Source: an uncultured Verrucomicrobiae bacterium
GTDB lineage: Bacteria > Verrucomicrobiota > Verrucomicrobiia > Limisphaerales > Palsa-1400
NCBI GenBank assembly: GCA_963764165.1
Contig: CAVXRD010000002.1
Location: forward strand, 1,248,001 to 1,312,000
Direction of reading: 5' to 3'
DNA length: 64,000 nucleotides
Shown in pieces: positions 56,904-64,000 of the stretch. Both the position numbers and the translations under genes were made by a program. The notes beneath the pieces are model-generated. The model was not told the DNA's origin and did no database searches. It worked only from the letters and a program-made list of their open reading frames with translations. Numbering within the stretch: position 1 is the first letter of the stretch; each line of letters starts with the position of its first letter.

Positions 56904-59195
56904 ATGAAAAAGCTTTTCCGCTGCCTTCCACTCATTGCCGTTCTGCTGCCTTTGAATTTGCGGGCAGAAAAGCCGCTTTGTGATTACATTCGCCCGTTCG
57001 TCGGCACCAAGGGACAAGGCAATACGTATCCCGGCCCGGCCGCGCCGTTCGGAATGGTGCAAGTGAGTCCCGACACCGCTGATGATCTTTGGGACAACGC
57101 GGCGGGCTACAAGTATTCCGACAACTCGATCATGGGTTTCAGCATGACGCACTTGTCTGGAACGGGCATTCCTGATCGCGGCGATTTTTTGTTCATCCCG
57201 CAAATCGGCGAGGCGAAGTTGATTCCCGGCCCGACCAACAATCCGGATGCCGGCTATCGCGCGCGCTTTTCGCACGACCAGGAATCCGCCTCGGCCGGTT
57301 ATTACAAGGTGACGCTGCTTAATAATAACGTCACGGTGGAACTCACCGCCGCCGAACGCGCCGGGATGATGCGCATGACATTTCCCGCCAGCGATCAGTC
57401 TTCGATTCTGACGGATTTGAGCCACTTCCTAAATGGCGCGATTGATGCACCCGGGCGGTTTAAGATGATCTGGTCGCATGTTCGCGTGGAGGACGATTCG
57501 ACCATCACGGGATTTCACCTGGTGAACGGATGGGGCAAGGAGCGCTATCTGTATTTTGCCGCGCGCTATTCACGCCCATTTGACAGCCATGTGATTTACA
57601 GCAGTGGAAAAGAGGTCAAGTATAATACTTACCGCTTCCGCAGCCGCAAAGAGGCCGCCGGGACCAATCTGCAATTCGTCGCCAATTACAAGACGCACGC
57701 GAATGAGGCGATTGAAATCAAGGTCGCCGTTTCCCCGGTCAGCGCGGAAAATGCGCTGGCGAATCTGGACAAGGAAATCCCGGATTGGGATTTCGACCGC
57801 GTCCACAAAGAGACGCGCGAGAAGTGGAATCACGAGCTGGCCCGCGTCGAGGTGGAAGGATCGGATTGGGACAAGGAGACGTTTTACACGGGCATGTATC
57901 ATTGCTTCCTCGCGCCGAGTTTATACGAGGACAACGACGGCGAGTACCGCGGGCTGGATTCGAATATTCACTTCGCCACCGGCTTCAATAATTACACCGC
58001 ATTTTCACTTTGGGACACGTACCGCGCGGCCCATCCGCTGTTCACGCTGATCGATTCGAAACGGGATTCGGACATGATCCAATCGATGCTGGCGCATTAC
58101 GACCAGAGCGTGGATCACCTGCTGCCAGTGTGGTCACTGGAGGGAAATGAAACGTGGTGCATGGTGGGCTACCACGCGGTGCCTATTATTGTGGACGGAT
58201 ATTTGAAGGGCGTGAAAGGTTTCACGGGCGAGCGCGCCTACGACGCCATCAAAACAACCGCCATGAATCCCGAATACGACAGCGTGATGACCTACGCGAA
58301 ACTCGGCTGGGTGCCGTGCGATTTGGAAAATGAATCGGTCTCGAAAACGCTGGAGTACGCTTACGACGATTATTGCGTGGCGCAAATGGCCAAGGCGCTG
58401 GGGAAAAAGGATGACTATAAATATTTCATGGGGCGCGCGGAGAGCTTCACCAATCTTTACGATCCGAGTTATGGGTTGATGCGCCCGAAGGATTCACACG
58501 GCCAGTGGCGCACGCCATTTAATCCGCATTTTTACAATGACGATTCGCGCACCAACGATTTCACCGAAGGCACTAGCTGGCAGTATTCGTGGTACGCCCC
58601 GCAGGACGTTCCATTGCTGATGCAATTGTCCGGGGGAAAGGAAAAGTTCGCGGCGAAATTGGACCAATTGTTCACCTTCAAGCCTGACGCGACTGTGAAA
58701 GGCTTGGACGATGTGCAAGGGCGCATCGGCGAATACTGGCATGGCAACGAGCCGAGTCACCACATTATTTATCTCTATTGCTACGCGGGCCAGCCGTGGA
58801 AGGCAGCCGAGCGCGTGCATGAAGTCATCCGCACACAATACGGCAACATGCCGGATTCGCTCAGCGGCAACGACGACTGCGGGCAAATGTCGGCCTGGTA
58901 CATTTTCTCCGCGTTCGGATTTTATCCGGTTTGCCCGGCGAGCGATTATTACGTCATCGGCAGCCCGTGCGTGCCGAAGGCCACCATGCGCCTTTCCAAT
59001 GGGAAAAAATTCGTCATGACGGCGGCGAATTTGTCTGACAAGAATATTTATATTCAATCCGCCAAATTGAATGGGAAGGCGCTCGACACTCCGTTTCTGT
59101 TGGATAGCGCGGTTCGCAAAGGCGGCACGCTGGAATTCCAAATGGGGCCGATGCCGAACAAGAGCTGGGGCGCGAATGCGACTGTTCCACAGTGA
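56904..59195 (+). CDS. GH92 family glycoside hydrolase (alpha-1,2-mannosidase-like)
   Basis: PFGMVQVSPDT, THLSGTG, SLWDTYRA, GNEPSHH, GNDDCGQMSAWY. Confidence 0.96.
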   Translation: MKKLFRCLPLIAVLLPLNLRAEKPLCDYIRPFVGTKGQGNTYPGPAAPFGMVQVSPDTADDLWDNAAGYKYSDNSIMGFSMTHLSGTGIPDRGDFLFIPQIGEAKLIPGPTNNPDAGYRARFSHDQESASAGYYKVTLLNNNVTVELTAAERAGMMRMTFPASDQSSILTDLSHFLNGAIDAPGRFKMIWSHVRVEDDSTITGFHLVNGWGKERYLYFAARYSRPFDSHVIYSSGKEVKYNTYRFRSRKEAAGTNLQFVANYKTHANEAIEIKVAVSPVSAENALANLDKEIPDWDFDRVHKETREKWNHELARVEVEGSDWDKETFYTGMYHCFLAPSLYEDNDGEYRGLDSNIHFATGFNNYTAFSLWDTYRAAHPLFTLIDSKRDSDMIQSMLAHYDQSVDHLLPVWSLEGNETWCMVGYHAVPIIVDGYLKGVKGFTGERAYDAIKTTAMNPEYDSVMTYAKLGWVPCDLENESVSKTLEYAYDDYCVAQMAKALGKKDDYKYFMGRAESFTNLYDPSYGLMRPKDSHGQWRTPFNPHFYNDDSRTNDFTEGTSWQYSWYAPQDVPLLMQLSGGKEKFAAKLDQLFTFKPDATVKGLDDVQGRIGEYWHGNEPSHHIIYLYCYAGQPWKAAERVHEVIRTQYGNMPDSLSGNDDCGQMSAWYIFSAFGFYPVCPASDYYVIGSPCVPKATMRLSNGKKFVMTAANLSDKNIYIQSAKLNGKALDTPFLLDSAVRKGGTLEFQMGPMPNKSWGANATVPQ

Positions 59196-59249
59196 AGGCG
59201 CGCGGGCTGGGCAGACGCATCTAACATCCGCACAGAGGGGAAGCCACAG

Positions 59250-59371
59250 ATGGCCGCAGATCAACACAGATAAGAATTAATGGGCCACGCAGGATGCGAT
59301 CAAAGCTGAGGGCGCGCGCCACCGTTCGGAACAGGAATTCATCTTCCAAATCTGTGTCGATCTGTGGCCAT
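59250..59371. repeat. inverted-repeat element (CACAGAT type)
   Basis: ATGGCCGCAGATCAACACAGAT ... ATCTGTGTCGATCTGTGGCCAT (20/22). Confidence 0.75.
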
Positions 59372-59513
59372 TTCCCGCTTGCCAGGCTCCATCTTTGCAT
59401 TTTTTCTTCCAAAATCGGCGCACAAACATCTGCCAGCGCCAGTCGCAGCCCGCGGCCGTTTTCCGAATCGGGTTGACTCCGCAGGGGCTTCTGCAAAATT
59501 TACCATTGCTGAT

Positions 59514-61100
59514 ATGGCCAAGATCCAACGCGCTCTGCTCTCCGTCTACGACAAAACCGGGCTGATTCCCTTTGCCCAGGCGCTGGCGTCTTCCGGCATC
59601 GAGATTCTTTCCACCGGCGGCACCGCCAAAATCCTGCGCGAGCACGGTGTGATGGTCAGCGATTTGAGCGCGTTCACGGAATTTCCGGAAATGCTGGACG
59701 GGCGCGTGAAGACGCTGCATCCGAAAATCCATGGCGGCTTGCTTTTCCTGCGCGGCAACAAGGAGCACGAGGCCGCGGCCAAAAAGCACGGCATCAAGCC
59801 AATTGATCTCGTCGTCGTCAATTTGTACCCGTTCGCGCAAACGGTCGCGCGGCCGAATGTCACACTCGATGAGGCGATCGAAAACATCGACATCGGCGGG
59901 CCGTCGATGCTGCGCAGCGGCGCGAAAAATCATTCCAGCGTGACTGTGGTGATGGACCCGCTCGATTACGCGGAAGTGGCGGAGCAAATTATCGCGAAAG
60001 GGAACACGACGGCGGAACTGCGGCGCCGCCTGGCGGTGAAAGTTTTTTGTCAAACATCCAGTTACGACGGGCAGATATTTGCCTATCTTTCCCGGACGTT
60101 TGGCGTGTCCGCAACCGCGGCTTCAACAACACCCATGGCGCCGGCGGCCGGAGGATCGTGGCCGCCGCAGTTGAAATTGGAGGCTCCTCTCGCGCGCGAG
60201 TTGCGTTATGGCGAAAACCCCCACCAGCGAGCGGCATTGTATGGGAAATTTGACGAGCAATTCCAGCCCCTCCACGGGAAGGAGCTTTCCTACAACAATA
60301 TCCTCGACTTGACAGCGGCGGCCGCGCTGGCGGCGGAGTTCGCAGGGGATCGCCCCACCCTCGCCATTTTCAAGCACATGAACCCGTGCGGCGCCGGGCA
60401 GGGAGATTCGCTGCTGGAGGCTTGGGAGAAGGCGTTCGCCACGGATCGCCAGGCGCCGTTCGGCGGCATTATCGCGATGAACAAACCGCTCGATCTGGAT
60501 TGCGCGAAGGCGATTGCTGAAATTTTTAGCGAAGTTATCGTCGCTCCTGATTTTTCGCCCGAAGCCCTGGCGCTTTTGCAAAAGAAAAAGAACCTTCGCC
60601 TCATTAAAGCGGCCAGCCTCGCGCCGGATTCCGGGCTTGTGCTGCGCAGCGCGGCGAACGGCGTTTGGCTGGCTCAGGAACCGGACGCGAGAGCAACGTC
60701 TCCGGCGGAGTGGAAAATCGCAACCAGGCGCGCGCCCACCGACGCCGAAAGACGGGCGCTGAGCTTTGGCTGGAAAATCGTCAAGCATGTCAAGTCGAAT
60801 GCTATTTTGTTCGCCGCGCCGGATCGGACATTGGGAGTTGGCGCCGGGCAAATGAGCCGTCTCGACTCATGCCGGCTCGCTGTGGAAAAAGCGCGCGAAG
60901 CGGGCCTCTCGCTGGCTGGCAGTGTGGTTTGCAGCGATGCCTTCTTTCCGTTTGCGGACGGATTGATTATCGCGGCGAAGGCTGGAGCGACCGCGGCGAT
61001 TCAGCCTGGCGGTTCCGTGCGCGATGCCGAGGTCATTGCCGCCGCCGACGAAGCTGGAATGGCGATGGCCTTCACCGGTGTGCGCCATTTTAGGCATTAG
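59514..61100 (+). CDS. purH: bifunctional AICAR formyltransferase/IMP cyclohydrolase
   Basis: RALLSVYDKTG, GRVKTLHP, RYGENPHQ, KHVKSNA, FTGVRHFRH. Confidence 0.98.
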   Translation: MAKIQRALLSVYDKTGLIPFAQALASSGIEILSTGGTAKILREHGVMVSDLSAFTEFPEMLDGRVKTLHPKIHGGLLFLRGNKEHEAAAKKHGIKPIDLVVVNLYPFAQTVARPNVTLDEAIENIDIGGPSMLRSGAKNHSSVTVVMDPLDYAEVAEQIIAKGNTTAELRRRLAVKVFCQTSSYDGQIFAYLSRTFGVSATAASTTPMAPAAGGSWPPQLKLEAPLARELRYGENPHQRAALYGKFDEQFQPLHGKELSYNNILDLTAAAALAAEFAGDRPTLAIFKHMNPCGAGQGDSLLEAWEKAFATDRQAPFGGIIAMNKPLDLDCAKAIAEIFSEVIVAPDFSPEALALLQKKKNLRLIKAASLAPDSGLVLRSAANGVWLAQEPDARATSPAEWKIATRRAPTDAERRALSFGWKIVKHVKSNAILFAAPDRTLGVGAGQMSRLDSCRLAVEKAREAGLSLAGSVVCSDAFFPFADGLIIAAKAGATAAIQPGGSVRDAEVIAAADEAGMAMAFTGVRHFRH

Positions 61101-61123
61101 CAACACTACTTATAAGTCTCATA

Positions 61124-61510
61124 CTAACTTATCATCCAATAGACAAGCGCAATTTGCCCCAGGCACAACAAGCCCATGGAAATCCAAGCCCCCCATTCTC
61201 TGACTGCCAGGGAAGCCTGCCGCACGGGGGCAAAATTGAAGCGAATCTTGAGCGCTCCAATGGTGATGACATCGCCGTTGCGAAGGATCGTATTTTTGAC
61301 AGGCGTGCCGTTGACGCTTACCAGGGCGTCCGGCTCCGCCTCAAGAACCATTCCTTCCCCGCGCCAGTCAATTAGAAAATGGCGCTGCCAAATGCCGGGA
61401 TCCTCAAGATTAATGTCCGCCGAGGCGTCCCGCCCAACTCGCGTGGGAAAGCGGCTTGCCCGAAAAACAGTCCCGCTTCGACTTCCATTAAGAAGTTGAA
61501 GCTGAATCAT
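61124..61510 (-). CDS. FHA domain protein with C-terminal TM
   Basis: VGRD, RH, VNG..LRNGDVITIG. Confidence 0.85.
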   Translation of the reverse strand: MIQLQLLNGSRSGTVFRASRFPTRVGRDASADINLEDPGIWQRHFLIDWRGEGMVLEAEPDALVSVNGTPVKNTILRNGDVITIGALKIRFNFAPVRQASLAVREWGAWISMGLLCLGQIALVYWMIS

Positions 61511-61512
61511 GA

Positions 61513-62139
61513 TTAGAACCCACGGCGGCCAACCCAAATCATGTCGTTCGGATAGACGGGAAGGTCTAATTTTGGATCCGAAAGAGCTTTGACACAGTTC
61601 TCGTAATATATTTTCTTCGTAACGGAGCGTGTGATCTGGACTTTCCGCTTGTTCGCGTAAGGAGTGAAGTCGCCAGCCGCCTGAATCGCGCGCAGGACTG
61701 TGGTAGGGCCGGTATAAAGGATGCGTTCTGTATTCCCAGCTCCGTTTACCTGGCCGCCGACATAGAAAAAGCGGGCCGCGACGGTGACGCTAATGCCAAT
61801 GTGAGGGAAAAAGGCGGGAACATAAGCCTTGGTGATGTCCTTTTCAAGCTCAGACGGCGTCTTGTTGACAGCAGAAACGAAACCCACGAACGGCAAGTTA
61901 ATGGTTCCATTTTCATGAATCTCAATCTCACCGCCAGTTTGAATCGGCTCCGGCGTTCCTGTAATATCCACGCGAATCTTATCACCAACGTGCAAGACGT
62001 CCATGTGCCCCGTCTCGTCCTCCTTTGGTTCGCTTTTTGGATCACCCGATCTGAATAAAGAGCACCCCGTCATCGCTGCGGCTATCAGAGCGCAAAGTAG
62101 ACACATCACTGGCAGGCTATTATTTCGTAACAGTCTCAT
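61513..62139 (-). CDS. polysaccharide export lipoprotein (Wza-like)
   Basis: Lipobox MTGC, LHVGDKIRV, GTINLPFVG, SLBB domain YVGGQV. Confidence 0.88.
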   Translation of the reverse strand: MRLLRNNSLPVMCLLCALIAAAMTGCSLFRSGDPKSEPKEDETGHMDVLHVGDKIRVDITGTPEPIQTGGEIEIHENGTINLPFVGFVSAVNKTPSELEKDITKAYVPAFFPHIGISVTVAARFFYVGGQVNGAGNTERILYTGPTTVLRAIQAAGDFTPYANKRKVQITRSVTKKIYYENCVKALSDPKLDLPVYPNDMIWVGRRGF

Positions 62140-62164
62140 AATCAAAGCCGTAGGTTGTCCGTAA

Positions 62165-64000
62165 TCAGTACTTGGGTTTAATTTCGACGTCGGCAGGTTT
62201 GTTTGCATCAGGTACTTGGACAACGCCCTCGTCTTTTTGTTGAGCCTGATATTGATATTCGTAATAACCGCTATAGTAATAATAATTCTCGTCCTGGCTC
62301 ATGTTAATGTTGTTCAACACGATGCCGATGAGATTGCCACCGACTTTCAACACCATTTGTTTGGCGCGCAAAGTCATTGGTTGAGGATACCGGCGATACT
62401 GGACAACTTGGAGCACCATGTCCATTTCGCTCGCCAGAATGGACGCATCGCTGACACCCAGCAGCGGCGGTGAATCAAAGAAGATAAACTCATAACGGCG
62501 TTTGAGTTCTTGAATCGTTTCCTTCATCTGGGCGGAACCCAGAATGCTCATGGAACTGCTTGGCAATTTGCCGCTGACCAGCACGTCCAGCGTCGGAATC
62601 TTGGTCTTCTGGATAACCTCGTCCAGCGTCCGCTGTTTGAGCAGGAAGTCGGTCAAGCCGATCGTGTTCGATTTGTGGATGATTTTGTGAATCGTCGGGC
62701 GCCGCAAGTCGGAGTCAACCACCAGTGTGCGCTGGCCATTCTGGGCGAAGACTGTCGCCAGGTTAAACAAAGTCGTCGACTTTCCTTCACCGGCGCCGCC
62801 GCTCAAAACGGAAAGCGTGCTCCAGCCTTCATTCTTTCGAGAAAACAGCAGATTCGTTCGCAATACGCGATATGCTTCCGCGTGCGGACTCTCTGGTCCT
62901 TCATCCATAATGATGCCGACGTTCTGCGGGATGACGCCCAGGACAGGAGCCTGCAGGGCGCGCTCAACATCGTCAATCGTCTTGACGCTCGTATCGAGGT
63001 ATTCAATGAAGAAGGCTAATCCCAAGCCAACGATCAGCCCGACAATGACCCCGGCCGGAATGATGACAGCGCTTTTCGGGCTCACGGGCCGCTGCGACGG
63101 GAGGGCCGGATTCAAAACAGTCACCACGTTGGCGTTGGGCTGGCCTTGTTCAACAATTTCGCGATCCAGCATGGCTACGAGCACTTCGTAATTCTTGCGC
63201 TTGGTCTCAACGTCTCTCTTGTCATCGTAATAAGGACGATTGAGCGTTGCCTGCTGGTTTTTTTCCTCTGTAATCTTTTCCACTTCCTTTTGAATGAGCA
63301 CAAGGAGACCGGCATCCTGCTTAACTCGCGTTTCGATGCCAATCATGACTCCCTTAATCTTGTTTTGATAGGCGGCTTCGGCGAGTTCCAGTTGCTTCTT
63401 CGCCGCCTTATACTGGGCATGCTCAGGCCCATACGTGTGTTCAGCCTCTGTTACATGGGCGGCTGCGGATTGGCGCCGATCAGCAAGATCAACCAGTTCC
63501 GGATCCAATTGATGGGCGTATGCGGTCGTCAGCGCACCAGGCAATTGGTCCTCCGGAATCTGTTTTAGGGAGTACAAAATATTGCTGTATTCCAAATAAT
63601 CGGTTTGCGCTCCGACACGGGTGTGCGCCCACTCTTCCAAGCCTTTGTCCATGATGGTCATTTCGGAATTCATTCCTTCCTCCAGCTCGGATATGTGCAA
63701 GCGATTCCGGTCTTTATCGAGCTTGCTTTGGGCTTCACTCAACTCGGCTGCATTGGTCGCCAGACGTGCTTCCAAAGCTTCAACGCCCCTCCCTTTGGTG
63801 CCTTTCCACTGGTCAATGCGAAAAGCCCTGTAAGAGTCAGCCATTTGATTCGCAATTTTTGCAGCCAGTTCTCGATCCGGGTTTCTCACGGTGATTTGGA
63901 TCAAACTGGTCATTCTTGTCTGGTCAACGGAGACCCGTTTCAGGAGATAATCAAACGTATCTTTAAGAGCCCACCGGGTTTCACCATTTTGCTGGGCAAG
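62165..64000 (-). CDS. polysaccharide biosynthesis tyrosine autokinase (Wzc-like), 5' end beyond the window
   Basis: AEAYRVLRTNL, GEGKST, VDSDLRRP, FDSPP, Tyr cluster YYYYSGYYEYQY; frame stays open to the window edge. Confidence 0.93.
   Translation of the reverse strand, partial: LAQQNGETRWALKDTFDYLLKRVSVDQTRMTSLIQITVRNPDRELAAKIANQMADSYRAFRIDQWKGTKGRGVEALEARLATNAAELSEAQSKLDKDRNRLHISELEEGMNSEMTIMDKGLEEWAHTRVGAQTDYLEYSNILYSLKQIPEDQLPGALTTAYAHQLDPELVDLADRRQSAAAHVTEAEHTYGPEHAQYKAAKKQLELAEAAYQNKIKGVMIGIETRVKQDAGLLVLIQKEVEKITEEKNQQATLNRPYYDDKRDVETKRKNYEVLVAMLDREIVEQGQPNANVVTVLNPALPSQRPVSPKSAVIIPAGVIVGLIVGLGLAFFIEYLDTSVKTIDDVERALQAPVLGVIPQNVGIIMDEGPESPHAEAYRVLRTNLLFSRKNEGWSTLSVLSGGAGEGKSTTLFNLATVFAQNGQRTLVVDSDLRRPTIHKIIHKSNTIGLTDFLLKQRTLDEVIQKTKIPTLDVLVSGKLPSSSMSILGSAQMKETIQELKRRYEFIFFDSPPLLGVSDASILASEMDMVLQVVQYRRYPQPMTLRAKQMVLKVGGNLIGIVLNNINMSQDENYYYYSGYYEYQYQAQQKDEGVVQVPDANKPADVEIKPKY

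Noticed and set aside
59196..59513. ZTP (pfl) riboswitch upstream of purH
   Set aside because: I could not identify its conserved core; the visible structure is a simple inverted-repeat element.

Overview
A GC-rich bacterial chromosomal window. Gene content and repeat style suggest Verrucomicrobiota (Pedosphaera/Limisphaerales-like), which is inference only. The backbone is housekeeping: speA 3' end, cvfB, rnpB, rpsA, lptF, ispD-pdxA-surA, aroF, recJ-terC-secDF-yajC, pheT, purH and the start of a wzc-wza-FHA locus. Nearly every longer intergenic gap carries a palindromic REP/MITE-like repeat. The standout is a complete IS110 (IS621-like) element at 15027-16210 inserted into a GTAG-type REP. 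Its non-coding end reads as a bridge RNA: all four guide segments (LTG, RTG, LDG, RDG) match the reconstructed REP target and the circular-donor junction around a CT core, and circularisation would assemble a sigma70-like promoter (TTGCCA-17-TATCTT). An IS1182 element has independently inserted into another copy of the same REP family. Downstream of lptF is a small defence island: a Septu/PtuAB-like ATPase plus HNH pair, an ECF sigma factor, a duplicated lptF 3' end, then an AbiE toxin-antitoxin pair. Two unexplained non-coding repeat structures are also present (TGTGACGG clusters, and a 10-bp-period array that occurs twice). All calls come from reading the sequence; no database searches were run.
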